The notes under the pieces: model-generated
Told to the model about the DNA's origin: nothing
What the model saw: the letters and a program-made list of their open reading frames with translations, nothing else
Database searches by the model: none
Source of the DNA: Centroscyllium fabricii
Taxonomy: Eukaryota
Reading direction: 5' to 3'
NCBI GenBank assembly: GCA_051313645.2
Contig: JBNRSN020000029.1
Span: 21,514,001-21,578,000 of the forward strand
Length of the DNA stretch: 64,000 nucleotides
Translations under genes and position numbers: made by a program
Part shown: in pieces, positions 22,742 through 36,912 of the stretch
How positions within the stretch are numbered: position 1 is the stretch's first letter
How the letters are laid out: every line of letters begins with the position of its first letter

Positions 22742-25011
22742 ACTGAAGGATCAGCCATGATCTCATTGAATGGCGGAGCAGGCTCGAAGGGCCGAATGGC
22801 CTACTCCTGCTCCTATCATCTATGTATCTATGTATATGTATCTAATAAGTGAGAGTAATTACGTCAGCCATGAATGATACAAGCTAGCTGTAGGGGCTAG
22901 TTTAATAAACCTAGGCAGAGGCATCAATTAGCTATATTATAGAAACAATAACAGTTAATAAAGCCCGTTCTTCAGCAAGATTAAGAACAGTTATATCAGC
23001 AAGTCCTGTTTGAAGCAAATGGCTTGCGACTAAGCAACACACCTGATTTAATGAGTAGACTGTCTTTAACACCTTGGGGAATCGAAACATCATGAGATCC
23101 ATTCTATGCCATACAAATGTGAAATAGGAAAAATATGGTGTATAAATTAGCACGATTTTCATTTGTTCTTCGGAGAGCTCGAAGGATATAGATACCGAAA
23201 AATGGCTCTCTCTATATCCAGTTAGCCCGATCACTCTGCCGTCAATCAATAAACTCTGTTCCGCATATTCTACCATTAACTGTCGCTTGGATATGCAAAA
23301 CGAGTTAGTGTGAACCAGTGAATGACGGAAGTTGAATGCTAACGTTTACCACTGAAAGGATTTGTTGTGACTGATTTGTAAGATTGGTCCCATGTCGGAG
23401 AAATATCATGCGCTTCTTACATGGTGCTCGTGCCAAAGAGTCACCATTGAAAATGTAAGTTAGATCAAACTGTTGTCACGGGGGTCCCATATTTTGGACT
23501 GTTAATCATCACAGAAGCAGAGAATGATAGAAATGTATAGCTTAGAAAGAGGCCATTCGGCCCATCATCTCCATGCCGGCTGCCAAAGAGCAATCCACCC
23601 TAATACCCAATGCTTAGAGTTTGGAAATGATTCAGGTTAATGTGTTCATATTCAGCTGTTGTCGCCTCTGTGTATGACAAGGTTCTCAGGCTTGTTCACC
23701 AAGCTCAGACTTCTCCTCTGGCTCTGTGACTTCAGTCTGCACACATTGATTTCTTGGGACTTCATCTAGGACCTCTTGGGTATCACTGGGGTGTTTGCAA
23801 CATTGGGTAACATGCAACAGGTCTCTCTGCGGCAGGAGATTGCGATGACCGGTGCCGCAGGCTATCCAGGCATCTGACATTGCTGTTAACTGTGGTCCAG
23901 AAGAAGCAGGAATTCTCCTCTATGTCGCTCGATGATTCCTTGGATTTCCCCTACCCTCTATTCCTCCCTTCCCTGAACACGTTCTCTGCCCAACAACGTT
24001 TAACGGAGGAAACAGAGCAGGCGGCTGCCTAATTATTTCCCGCCATTAAAATCGGCGGAGCCTGCGCACTGCGTCTCCCCAACACGCAGGTCACTCACGC
24101 TCCCGCCCGATATTTAATATGAAGTCCAGACGAGATAGCTGTTCCACTTCTGCTCTGGCACAAACATTAATCGCTCTATCATTTCTCTCCAGCATTTCAG
24201 ATGTCCAGGCAGAAATATAGACATGAAATCCTGAAACGTGATGGGACGTGAGGCGGGTTTCTGGGCGGGACGACAGCGAACACAGCATAAATGGGGGTCC
24301 ACAACCCCTCCCGCCGCCTTCCTGCCCACGTGTAAATTTCACCCAGCGGGTCCAGTTGGCCTGCCTCAGTTCAGCCCGGCATCAGCGGGCTGCTCGTTGA
24401 ACTCATTAAGGGCCCTTCATTGGCATCGGTAATGCCATTTTAATGGTCCCTTGCTACTTTCACCCTCTTCCCACCGTGACCCCGCCTGGTGGGAACATCA
24501 CCGGTTAAAGCTGGCAGAAACTCAATCAGCTGGGTGACTGCCACCTTCAAGGCATGGGAAACAGCAGCTACACAGCAGCTTGCTAACCTTCACAATGCTA
24601 AAGGTGAAACTGGCAGCCAAGTGTGCCTGAATTCAGTGCTCAAAGAAATTAAAATCATTTACCTGTCAGCTGCATCCCACTCACTTAGAGAATGCGCTAC
24701 GAGCTGTGTCTGTGAAGCAAGCTCTTAATGACCCTGGCAATCAGTATCTGTTTACATTCCACTGAAACCACAGACAAACAGATCCAGACTAGTTAAAGCT
24801 GTCAATCGTAGATTTGTGGTTTCATCTGTTGACAGAGCATTGTGACATCATAATGCCCTGAAATCACAGATAGAGAAACAGCAAGCCTATCCCTACAGCT
24901 GCCAATGTTGGCGTGCTGCTGACTGTGAGTCACAATGCATTATGTCAACATTAAATGTAAACAACCACTTCCGAACTGTCAATCAGACTTTGTGGTTTCT
25001 GAGCTATTGAC

Positions 25012-25232
25012 CAAAGATATGCAGGTTAGGTGAATTGGAGATACTAAAAATTGCCCATGAGCATGTGTGTGAATTATAGTTCCTAGAGTTGGGGATGTCG
25101 GGGGATATGGGGAGAGGGTAGCAGTGGGGTGCTGTGTTTGGATGATCAGCCATGATCTCGACAAAATGGCGGAGCGGGCTCAAGGGCCGAGTGGCCTAAT
25201 CCTGCTCCAATTTTCTGTGTTTCAATGATTCT
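25012..25232 (+). mobile_element. 5'-truncated HE1-like SINE
   Basis: ccaaagatatgcaggttagg...ggatgatcagccatgatctc...ggcctaatcctgctcc; homologous to 1433-1680. Confidence 0.8.
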
Positions 25233-26479
25233 GTGACAATGCAGTATGAATCGCAATGGCCTGGGTCTGCATAGAAACTGACTAAGCTCTTCAGGCCTTT
25301 CAATCAAAAGCCCGCCGGAAATGGACAAACTGGAACCACGCCCCACGCTTCCTGACTGTAGTGTGTATTGGAAACGGCTCTGACAAGCGGGGATTTAATT
25401 GCCCACTTGAGGCAAAATTGCTTTGGCATCCCTGGCCCTTGAACGGGCGGGTCAGAAACCTGACGCGCCAGAAACGTGGTAATTCCCAGCACCTCCGGGA
25501 AAGTTTACCCCATAATGTTGAATGAATTCCTTCAATTCAACACAGTGGGAGCTCGACAGACTTCACAGTTTGTACGGCATTGTTTAATGTCTATATATAT
25601 TGTCTCCTTCCAATAAAAGTTAGTTTAATCGTTCTCAAATCAGAGACATTAAATCCACCGATTGCTATTCCATTTCCAAGAACATTCTAAACAGACAATC
25701 CACTTCAAAACACAAGTAGTTACGTTTTTGCTTCATGAATTTCCAAATAAGATCCTGGACAAAGATCAATGAAACCCCATAAAATTATATGTTTATTTTT
25801 TACACAGGCTGAGAGGCCTGCACATTTAACGTCATCACTGCCATGACAAAAATGAAATTATTCTAATGATGTTTCACGATGTTGTACGGCTAAGCGTTTT
25901 AGAGGGTTTACTCATATTACATTTAAATGGTCAAACTGACTAATTAACCATTAATCCATCTTTCTTTCCCGCGCAACGTCCTTAAATATTTCTAGAAATC
26001 TATCATTGCTGCATAGCCGTGGGGCTGCTCAGCTGTAAACAACAGACTATATCACTTTGTGCGTGTATCTGAATGTTATTCGATCTCACCTGTAACTTTG
26101 AGCTCACTTAATATAACTTATATATATATATATATATAGGATAAATGAAAGATTATAGAGAACATCTTTATGTAATTAAGATCTAGAGAATCAAAATCCA
26201 TCAAAAATACGTATTTATTCCATCAAAAGCCTTGCATGCGCCTATCATAAATATCCTCAGCTTCGGGAGTGTTGTAATATGACAGCAGTAAGGAAGCTGT
26301 CGAAATATTTTTTTTGAAATGTATGATGACAGTAATGTTCTAGACTCGTTAATCTTTTAAAATTCATATCTTTGCAAAATGTCCCTGATCAGTAGCAGTG
26401 AATATTACTCTATTCAAATGATTGTAAATAATGAGAATTGTTGTGTAATGCTCATGTGTCATTTGAGGTTTCTCTCAGG

Positions 26480-26487
26480 TATAAATA
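26480..26487 (+). promoter_or_regulatory. TATA box of receptor copy A
   Basis: TATAAATA ~80 nt upstream of ATG 26562; same motif and context (tataaataagacctta) at 53287 in copy B. Confidence 0.6.
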
Positions 26488-28032
26488 AGACCTTAGTTTG
26501 AGAGCAAAGTTCTGCCTTTGCATAACAGTTTACAGGCAACAAACATCGCTTCTCTCCGAATATGGGAAAGCCGGGTATCATGCAGATAGAAAATATTTAT
26601 TACCCGATTCTTGCAAGAATCGGTGTTCCTGGTAAGCCGCTTATAATCAGATAATTTCCACCTTTAACAGTGCTTCAATGTGTCACTATTCCTGCTGTCT
26701 GTGTAAAGATATTATGTGTTTAATTCGCAGAGACTGAATATCGACACTAAAGAAATAAGTTAACAGTCTCCTAGTTTCTTTATTTTGTTAATGTAAAAAC
26801 CTGAGAGGAATCACCGTTTACTCTGACTATTTAATTGCAGCAATTTATTGGGGATGTTTTGGCCTTGATAGATTTTCTTGTAGTTCTGCGCCTTCTCCAA
26901 TTGTCAATTCCGGATCGAGTACTCAAGCGATTCCTGGAGGCTACTCCAGCAAAGGCAATAGAAATGTTTTGCTACATTTTTGTGAACCCCGGAAAAACGG
27001 AAGAGAGCCTGCAGCGTCCGCAAATACACACTGGTGTAATGCTGACGTATTGTGGTCTCCCAGGGATTGTATACCGCCTTCAGGCCTAACCAGCTGTTAC
27101 ATTAGCATCGGAGACGACTGATTTCTTACATTATCCAACGGGGAGCGGCTCCAGGCGCTCTTCTGAGGTGTGGCCGTAATGTTGTTTTATACTTGTTTTA
27201 TATAAAAGAGTGATGCATGTAGTTGCCCAGCCGCGTGTAAACAAGGTTGAAAGCCAAACCTCATCTGCTATTTCCTGTGAGTAGAATTTATCTTTAGCGC
27301 AACTCTAACTTTTCTGTATATTTATACTAAATCTACAGACTATAGTGTAGATGTTGGTCTTTACCACCTGGTCATTTTGCGTCATCTTTGTGGAGCGCAG
27401 CGTGGAGCGGGGGAGACAATGGAAATGTAATTTGGGTAAAACGGGGTTCCAATTTGCTATCACCAGGTTTACCCCGCTGCCTCAGATCAATTTCACGCCC
27501 CATTGTCATAATATTCCGAGTTGGCACAGGATCAATAATTTGTGAGCGTGTATTTTGACGAGGTCATTGAGCTCAGGCAACTTATCGGTACTGCTTATTG
27601 AACAACCTGAAGTGCTTGATTCTGAAACTGTGTGATAAATGGGCCTGCATTTAACGACCCACACGGGTGTGTTCGAGGTGTCAACACACCCGTATGGAAG
27701 TCACAAGTGATACCTGCTTTTAGCAGCATAAAAGTTCAAAGAGTACACATATATCATTTTAACTCATACATAATGTAAAAATGATTTTAAGAAGGTAAGT
27801 TTCTTTTTAGCCACGTCAAAACTTTACATGTATTTTGAAAATAATTTTTCTGTTTATAATATTTAATGTAATGTAATTTTTTAGTAATTGAAAAAACGTA
27901 TTGTTTACATTTATTTAATACTGTAGTGTCTTACGTCAGTGCTCCCCATTCATTCTTTTGACAGGTCTACTGTTCAATTTTCGGTTTGATTGACTTCAAC
28001 AGAACTCAAGATCAAGCAAGGCATATAACCCG

Positions 28033-28285
28033 CCCAAAGATGTGCGGGTTAGGTTGATTGGCCATGATAAATTGACCCTTAGTGTTAGGGCGATTGAATA
28101 TGTGGGGTTACGGGGATTGGTTGGGATATGTGTCGGTGTAGACTCGATAGGGATCGAGGGATATGGGGAGAGGGCAGGTGCGGGTACTGGGTTTGGATGA
28201 TCAGCCATGATCTCATTGAATGGCGGAGCAGGCTCGACGGGCCGAATGGCCTGCTCCTGCTCCTATCTTCTATGTTTCTATGTCT
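28033..28285 (+). mobile_element. 5'-truncated HE1-like SINE in receptor A intron
   Basis: ccaaagatgtgcgggttaggttgattggcc...gatcagccatgatctcattgaatggcggagcaggctcg...(ttctatgt)n. Confidence 0.88.
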
Positions 28286-28389
28286 ATATAAAGGCGACGG
28301 ATGCGCTACCACCTGGTTAGCGCCGAAGTTAAATGATACATCTTTCCCAATTTCCGTACGCATGGCAGAAGTAGACTAAATGCAACAAT

Positions 28390-29265
28390 GGGCTATGTTT
28401 TCCTGTGGCCCGCTGGCCGCTGGTGCGCGCTCCCGAGCACCCGCGGTGTACGCGCACGTGATTTTTTTTTTCTGAAATGCCGTGTTTTTTTCGTTCGGAG
28501 GGGACGTCTTTATTTTGGTCCGGGGTGCAAGCCACGCCCACTGAGGTCGGCTTTACCCCGAACGAAGCATAGATTCGGCCAGCGGGATTAAGAATATCAG
28601 GTAGGGAAGCACCTTTTTTTAGTTTTTTTTCAGTTTCTAGGAAGCTGTTTTTTTTGAAGTTTCTGCCTTTTCTGATGTTAGTTTTTTTTTGAGAAGTGAA
28701 AAAAACAGGTTTAAAGTTATTTTTTTATTGATTCCTTTGGAGATATTTGTCTGTGGTCTTTCAGCTTGTGAATGGGTAGGTTTTGATATTTTTTAGTGAA
28801 AGTGAAAAAAAATCGCGATTTGAACGCGATGTCAGCCGCTCTGAGGCTTTCAGAGCTGCTGACATCGCGTTGAAATCCCGATTTTTTTTCATTTTCACTA
28901 AAAAATATAAAAACCTACCCATTCACAAGCTGAAAGACCAGAGACAAATATCTCCAAAGGAAACAAAAAAATAATAACTTTAAACCTGTTTTTTTCACTT
29001 CTCAAAGCTGCCTGCAGCCTCTTAAGACACCTTTCTACATGTGCAGCAAAAGAGAGACTTCCCCACGTGATACACCCGTATTTTGAGCAGCTGACTACAG
29101 GAAATCATCAGTGCAAGGTCTTCCTGGGGAGGAAGCTGAAGCCCCTTGCCCATCAGCACAGGAAATTCACGTTTCTGGTAATCACCCGAGCTGCACCCAC
29201 AGAAGGCATTTCTGACCCCCCTTCGTGGGGGTGCAGCTCTTCTGGAGCACAGGAAAACATGGCCC
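28390..29265. mobile_element. MITE with GGGC-terminal TIRs (PIF/Harbinger-superfamily-like) and a large internal palindrome
   Basis: TIRs GGGCTATGTTTTCCTGTG / CACAGGAAAACATGGCCC (17/18); flanks AAT/ACT. Internal inverted repeat 28688-29006. Same family as 56117-57156. Confidence 0.8.
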
Positions 29266-30514
29266 ACTATCATCCAAGTGGTAACGGTGTAAATGACCCT
29301 CTTGCAATTGGCCCTTTCTTTCTGCGTGACAATCCAACAGAAAATTAGATCAAATCAATATTAGAGTTGAACATCCCTGTTGGTAGATTTTTGTAAATTG
29401 GACGAAAGAAAAATACAGTGTCACGCATCAAGTCCAAAATACGGAATCGATGCATTGTGAGATGGTAATTATCAAGGTTTTCTGTATAGACACACGTATT
29501 TCCAATTCTATGTTTGTATAAGCTACAGTTCCACAAATTAAGATTACACCCCTGTCAGAGATTTCGATCTCAGACAACAGCTGGTGTTCTTTTACATTCG
29601 GCTCAGCCGGGATGCCAAAGGACTGTTTTTATGTCGTCAAATGGTGGACAATATTTTGACTTCCACTCAATTACACAGCATGGAATACATCTTGGAGAAA
29701 TGTTGAGAAATTATTTACGATAATTAATGAGAAATTATTTAAGGAAAGCTTCAGCTATCTGGGGGTAGAAATTCTTGGGCGGAATGCCCCTGCCAATATT
29801 CAGCTCCATTGGTCTAATGGGACCTACTAATGTTTCAAGCGGGAAGATAACGGCCGACCCACATATTACAATCCGAGACAATCGTGGTCCTGGTTTGCAA
29901 AGCACAGTCATTCTTTCCAGAGCCCTCGCTTCATATTATCAGCCATTGCACGTTATTAATAATCGAAATTTCAAATGTGGTTTAAATGTTGGCATCTGAG
30001 CAACACCACCGTCCACATGTTCAATAATATTTGATATATCATTAACTTCCCTCCATCCATGTTCAGACCCCGCATATCGCTCGCCATTTAACTGGTTAAT
30101 TTACTGTAAGCCATTTGGGTGTTACAAAGTTGTCCCAATCCATAATGAAATGGTTGTCATGTGTCACTGTGAAATCTTCCTTTGCTGATCATTTGCTGAC
30201 GAAAAGCACAGGAAGGAAACATGTTCGGAATTTTCACCTGCTTCCAGACGACAATAGATAGAATATTGCAGCCAGCATCATGTCATCACTCTGAATCCTT
30301 CATTGCAAGATTATTGCGGATATTTGCAATGAGGAGTTACTCGGCTCCATTTTGAACCTGAGTATAAATTAGGACTGGCCTTGAGTTTCGCCCACCCGCT
30401 GTTATCTGTTCCTAGATACGCAACGCAGTTTTAATGGAAAAAACCATTAGGAACCTGCACCACAATGATTCAGGAGGGTCAAGGATAAGAAAATCCACCT
30501 CTCTTCTTGGATTC

Positions 30515-32226
30515 TTTTGCAGACGTATTATATACATATTTTGGTTCTGTCATCACAAAGGAGGAGACAAATAACCTCCCAGAGATATTGGAGAAGATAG
30601 GGTTTGATGAAAGGGAGGAACTGAAAGAAATCAATATTTGTAGGGAAATGGTGTTAGGGAAATTGACGGGATTGAATGCAAATAAATCACCAGAGCCTGA
30701 TAATCTTCATCGTAGGGTACTTTCGAAAGTGGCCCGAGAAATATTAGATGGATTGCTGATCATCTTTAAACATTCGCTGGAATCTGGAACTGTACCCATG
30801 GATTGGAGGGTTGCTAATATATCCCACTATTCAAAAAGGGTGATAGAGGGAAAGCGGGGAATTACAGACTGGTTAGCCTGACATCGGCCATGGGGAAAAT
30901 GCTAGAGTCCATTATAAAACAATGACAGGATTGGAGAAACGGTTAATCCTGCTTGACTAGGCTACTCAAATGTTTTGAGGATGTAACTGGGGAAATAGAT
31001 AAGGGAGAACCAGTAGATGTGGTGAATTTGGACTTTCAGAAGGCTTTCGATAAGGTTATGCATAAGAGATTAGCGTGTAAAGCTAAGGCACATGGGATTG
31101 GGGGCAGGCTATTGACTTGGATAGCGAACTGGTTGGTGGACAGAAAGTAGAGAGTAGGTATTAACGGGTCTTGTTCCGAGTGGCAGGCAGTGACTAGTGC
31201 GATACCGCAGAGATCAGTCCTTGGACCCCAGCTATTCACAATATATATTAATGAACTAAATAAGGGAACTAGATGTAATATATCCACGTTTCCTGACGAC
31301 ACAAAGCTGGGTGGGCGTGTGTGCTGTGAGGAGGATACCGAGAAATGCCAGGATTATTTGGAAAGGTTGGGTGATTGGGAAGAAGCGTGGCAGATGCAAT
31401 GTAACATGGAAACATGTGAGGTTATCCACTTTGGTGACAAAAACAGAAAGGCAGACTATTATCTGAATGGCAGTAGATTTGGAGAAGGGAAGTGCAACGA
31501 GACCTGGATGTTCATGTGCACCAGTCGTTGAAGGTAAGCATGCATGTGCAGCAGGCGGTTAAAAAGCCACATTATTTATTGGCCTTCATAGCGAAAGGGT
31601 TTGAGTACAGAAACAAGTATAACTGCTGCAGTTTTACAGGGCCTTGGTGAGACCACACCTTGAGTACTGTGTGCAGTTTTGGTCGCCTTATCTGAGGAAG
31701 GATGTTCTTAACATGGTAGGAGTTCAGCGACGATTCACAAGGCTGATACCTGGGATGGCAGGAATGACATATGAGGAGAGATTGGGTATATTGGGCATCT
31801 CCTCGCTGGAGTTTAGAAGAATGAGAGGGGATCTCATCGAAACTTATAACATTAAGACGGGTCTGGACAAACTAGACGCAGGAGGAATGTACCCGATTGT
31901 CGGAGAGTCCAGAACCAGGGGTTACAGTCTCAGGATAAGGGGTAGGCCATTTTCGACAGAGATGAGGAGGAATTTCTTCACCTAGAGAGTGTTGAACCTG
32001 TGGAATTATCTACCACAGAATGTAGTTGAGGCCAAGTCATTAAATATATTCATGAAGGAGCTAGATATATTTCTTAAGCCTAAAGGGATCAAGCGATATG
32101 AGGAGAAGGCAGGTACGGGCTACTGAGTTTGGATGATCAGCCATGATCTCATCGAATGGCGGAGCAGGCTCGAGGGGATGGATGGCCTACTACTGCTCCT
32201 TTCTTCTATGTTTCTATGTTTCTATG
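30515..32226 (+). mobile_element. 5'-truncated, degenerate CR1 LINE in receptor A intron
   Basis: Fragmented RT peptides (KSPEPDNLH, LDFQKAFDKV, PQRSVLGP, RPHLEYCVQFWSPY) plus CR1 3' UTR and tail. Confidence 0.9.
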
Positions 32227-34029
32227 CACTGAGCCGTAAATTCCTTTGCTTTGATTTGAATGGAAGTAATAATCGGGCGGGTTCAATTTGCGGTCGCCAG
32301 TTGGAAAAGCCCATTTATAGATTGGTGGAAATTTGAAAATCCAACCATTTCATTTGCTGCAGCATTGTTTTCTTCTGAAGTAAGTCAGAATAAGTTGGCG
32401 ATATGCCTCCATAATAAATGTATGATACCAGAATTACTCTGCTTATCCGCTAGATTGGGAGAAAAATAGAGCGATTTGATTGCTAAGAAAATATTCCATG
32501 GATTTCATTCATAGAACTGTCGACTGATCATCCTCTCAGATTCAAACGTGTCCATCATTTAATTTCCACATTTTTTGCAGCTAATTTAGTTTCAATCGTC
32601 ATTCTCTCCCGTGGAAAGTGCAGTCTCTCCAAATGCATCACCCGTTACCTGGTGGCCATGGTAACGGCTGATCTCATGGTTCTAATTTTTGAAGTCATTC
32701 TGTATGAGATTAATGATGCTTATTTTCCATATTCCTTACTGAACTATACTCCTATTTGTAGTCTCAATCTCGCCCTGCTTTATGTTTCCATTGGTTGCTG
32801 TCTGGCTGACAGTGGCTTTCACCATTGATTGATTTGACGCCATTTGTTACCAAACGTTGCGAGCAAATTATTGCACCGAAAAAACTGCAGTTGTGCTGAT
32901 AACAATGGTCTGTCTTTTAAGCGTTTAAGAAAATGCTCTAATCTACTTTATATTTGAACCTCGGGAAATAATTGGCAATGTAACATGGTCCTGCAATGTA
33001 AAGTCAATCTTCCATACCTCACCCATGTGGGTAGCATTTTTGTGGATGGAAACCATTTTAACCCCAATTGTTCCATTTGTGTTCATCGTGCCACTCAATG
33101 CCCTGACCATCAGGCAAATTGTGCTGGCGAATAGAGTGAGGAGTGGTCTTCGAGGAAACAACGAGGTTCAGAATCACACTTATCCAGAGATGGAGAACCG
33201 AAGGAAATCCATCATTTTACTGCTCGCTATATCTGGCAATTATATAGTGTTATGGATGTTAAATTTCATAGTTGTCCGATCTGTGCAGTTGAAAGATGCA
33301 CAATTTTTAGAAGCAATTTACACCGACTCTTTCACCATTGCTGAACAGTCCGGGTACATGCTGAGGTGTCTGTGTGCTTGCACAAACACGTGTATTTATG
33401 CAGTGTCCTAGAGAAAATTCAGTGAGGAGTTGAAGAGTGTAATTAAGCGTCTAATAGCGCTCATTACTAATTTAATCAAATAAGTTAAACGGCTTCACAG
33501 AACTAAAACTCGATTTGAACCATTTGAAGCGAGCAGAAGCTGTTCAATTGATATCTACAAACATGAATCACTAAAGGAAATGGAAGCTGCAATGTGTTCA
33601 ATATATTAGACATCATATTGTAGGAGAACAACGTATTACATTTTCAATACAGTTTGAGTCAGGCGATGTCAGCTTGGAACAGAGAAATATAAATTTATCA
33701 GAACAGAAATTAAATAAATTAGACAAACATATCTGTTGACTTTCCTGATATAAACGCAACACCGGTATCTTTTACGTATCTCTCAACTATACTCCCGTCT
33801 GTAACACATGCTGAACCAGCCATCTACTTCCATCAAATTATATATTTTTTAATGAGTCGCCGGACATATGATTCTTTCAGTGAAAATGTCCTACCGGTCC
33901 TGTCATTTTGTTCTTCACTTGGGAATTGAAAACATTTATTCACAATTTATGTTAACGATTTAGGCTTTGGAATCAAACACAACATTTCGAAATTTGTGTT
34001 GAACATCAAATTTGTGGGCAGGTCAGTCA

Positions 34030-34920
34030 ATATTGAAGCGAACTGAATCAAATTGGAAAAAGTCATTAAGCAACTTGCAGAATTGGCATACAATTGGCAA
34101 ATTAATGTTAACATTTGTAACTGTGAGGTATCACATTTTGGTAAGATGAATTAGACACACATTTCTCTGAAAGTAAGAATCTAATTGGTGTATTGGAGCA
34201 AATGCATCAGGTATTACAAAAACAACCTCACTAAGAATTGTGACACAGGTCAACACGACCATTAGAAAAGCTATCCAAGCATTAGAGATTATTTCCAGGG
34301 GGACACCATTGAAAAAGTAGAGAAAGTATGCTAAACTTTGTACTGAAACCTGGTTAGACCGCACATTAGGTTCTGCGTACAGTGTTGGTCAATATATTAT
34401 GAAACAGGATATAGAGACACTGGAGAAGGGCCACAAAACGTTGCAAGGATAATACCCGAACTGGGAGGTTATACATATCTGGAAAGGATGAACAGGCTCT
34501 TGAAAAGAGACCCCTGAGTGGTTACATAATAGTGGTCTTTGAAATAATAAAACGTTTAGATAGAGTAGACAAAGAGAGAGAGAGAGAAAGAGAGAGAGAG
34601 AATGTTTCCCCTTGTGAGGAAGAGCAAAACTAAAGGCCGTCACATAAGATAGTCACTAAGAAATCAAATAGGAAATTCAGAAGAAACGTCTTAACCCAGA
34701 GAGTGGTGATAATAAGGAACTCGCCGTCACAGGGAGTAGTTGAGGTGAATAGTACAGATGCGTTTCAGGGAAAGCGAGATACCCCTATGAGGGAAAATGG
34801 TATAGAGGGTGATGGTGATAATCTGAGACGAAGATGGATGAGAGGCGGTGCGAGTGGAGCATTAACGCTGGCATGTACTGGTTGGACCGAATAGCATATT
34901 TCTCTGCTGTGTATTGTAAG
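34030..34920 (+). mobile_element. Old CR1 3' fragment; its 5' part has a paralog at ~63450-63692, so it predates the duplication
   Basis: tgtgaggtatcacattttggt is shared with 63559-63580. Degenerate RPHL/QFW-type and 3' motifs; internal (GA)n at 34573-34601. Confidence 0.65.
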
Positions 34921-36399
34921 TAATTCTATATAAACCCTAAGTTTAGATCTCCAGTCAGCATTAAAGGCAAGGGAAACCTTGGTCTTGCTGTTCCAGTGGA
35001 AATTAATCCGGCTACAAATATTAACTTGAAATCAACAAAATGGGAGGTGAACTGACCCCTAGTTTCTCAGACAATGCTAAATGTCCTGGCTCCTTCCACT
35101 AAAAGTGGCCTTAATTGATCCACAATAAGACGTCTTAAAACCCCCAACTGCATTGGTTCTCAGTCCATGTGTATTCGATTTACAACCATGCCGTTCTCTG
35201 CACTTAACATAATTTTTCCCTTAATTGATTTCCTAACCAAGGCACAAGGAAACCAAACAAACCCCATCAGATTCGCTCTTTCTTTTCGCTCAGACTGGTA
35301 GAGCTGCACAGTTAACGTCATCACTGGCATGGCAACAATGGAATTCTCATAATTATGCAGTTTGCTCAATCTATGTATAAGGCATAGAACTCTTTTATTT
35401 CAAATCAAGTAGCTTAAAACCCACATATAAACCTTATTTTGTTACAGAATCACAGAAAAAAATGCCATCAAACTTTCCCAACATATACACTTTATCAGGT
35501 GCCACTGATATCAATTCGGAAAGAGAAGTAGAGACCATTTCCCAAAATAACCGAAGGGAGCTGAGACGGTCTATAATGCCTGAAATCGCAGACCTGAATG
35601 GGATCAGCGACCTCAGTTTACAACTTTCGGGGACAGGTTTGGATAGGACTATTGGAATGTTTATGACACTAGCATTCAAGTAGCGTAAGGTGGACAATCT
35701 ATGTTTCATATACAAATATGGAACGTCTTTCAGCCGTGCATACCTTGCCTCCAATCCCATTATCTGCTGCATTGAGAATGGTGATAACTTTGGTGAACTG
35801 TCTGAATGTAGATCATCGTCTTAATAAACATCGCACCAAAATTCATCGTTCACCAAATGGTAAAATATTCAAAAAGATGACGGACATTAAGGGAATGTGC
35901 CATATTTCTAAAATAAATCGTCTTCAGACAGCGCTACTTGTCATTGGCCCGAGGGGAATAAACGGTACCGCTCCAAATTCCAGCCGCACAGTCGGCGTTA
36001 AGTCTCCTTTGTGCCCTCCAACTCTTTAGATTTTGACGGCCATGAACTTCCAATAGCCCTTGAAAACGGCTACTGAGTTGGTTTTCAAATTAATCTTTCT
36101 CACACCCGGTACATATCAGACCAGACCCTCCTCCCAACGCCTGCTAATGCTAAAAAACAACATCTCAGTATTTCTGCGCGGCTGCTCAGCTGTATACAAC
36201 TGACTATATAACTAGTTTTGTGTACCTGTGAACACTGTTTGATCTAACGGGAACCACGGGTAGTCTAAGAGAGCAGAGATCAAAGTATTTCATTTTCAAA
36301 TATGATTAATGTGATATTGTCGATAGCCTTTGAATATTAAACGTCAGTGGGAGTAAATGCGGTTCGGCTTAAACTATTTGTTCAAATGACTTTAATTGA

Positions 36400-36912
36400 T
36401 GCCAGTTGTGCAATTCTGAGGAAGGATGTTCTAGCCATGGAGTGAGTGCAGGGATGATTCACCAGACTGATACATGCGATGGCAAGAGTGACGTATGAAG
36501 GCACATTTGGTCGATTAGGATTATATTCGCTAGAGGTTTGAAGAATTAGAGGGAATCTCTTTGAAACTTATATGTTTCTAACAGGACTAGACGGGCGAGA
36601 TGCAGAAAGGCTGTTCCCGGTGGCGTGGGAGTGCAGAACCAGGGCTCACACTGAGAAGAGGAGTTGCTTCACCCAGAGAGTGGTGAACTTGTGGAATTCT
36701 AACTACAGAAGACAGTTGTGGCCATGTCATTAAATATATTCAACAATGATTTGGATATGTTTCTTAAGGATAATGGAATCAATGGCTATGGGGAGAAAGC
36801 AGGGACAGGGTACTGAATCTGGATGATCAGCCATGATCACATTGAATGGCGGAGTAGGCTCGACGGGCGGAATAGCCTACTCCTGCTTCTATCTTCTATG
36901 TTTCTATGTTTT
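36400..36912 (+). mobile_element. CR1 3' fragment
   Basis: ctgaggaaggatgttctagccatgg...ttcacccagagagtggtgaacttgtggaatt...gatcagccatgatcacattgaatggcgg...(tctatgtt)n. Confidence 0.88.

Larger units (their letters stand above)
17126..22843 (+). mobile_element. Full-length, inactivated CR1 LINE with a 5' tandem monomer array
   Basis: Monomer array, 5' UTR, ORF1 (zinc finger plus SGNH esterase), ORF2 (APE endonuclease plus RT), 3' UTR and (TCTATGTA)n tail. Absent at the homologous site in unit B (~49500). Confidence 0.92.
26562..33483 (+). pseudogene. GPR139-like class A GPCR pseudogene, copy A (exon 1 26562-26631, exon 2 32581-33483)
   Basis: Exon 1 MGKPGIMQIENIYYPILARIGVP with G|GTAAG donor; acceptor TTTTTTGCAG at 32571-32580; exon 2 ANLVSIVILSRGKCSLSKCITRYLVAM.... 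Lesions: 2-bp deletion near 32798, DRF to D*F, TAA near 32926, TAG at 33409-33411. Confidence 0.9.
11923..34250 (+). repeat. Segmental duplication unit A (paralogous to 46099-63692)
   Basis: Collinear homologous blocks: 11923-12166/46099-46342, 13290-13800/46530-47150, 16012-17120/48130-49500, 22850-23850/49505-50410, 23845-24235/51420-51915, 25555-27500/52365-54300, 32520-34250/57535-63692. Confidence 0.9.

Noticed and set aside
35450-35800. Acceptor-led segment with a faint death-domain-like pattern
   Set aside because: Needs several frame changes and stops, so it cannot be supported without a homology search.
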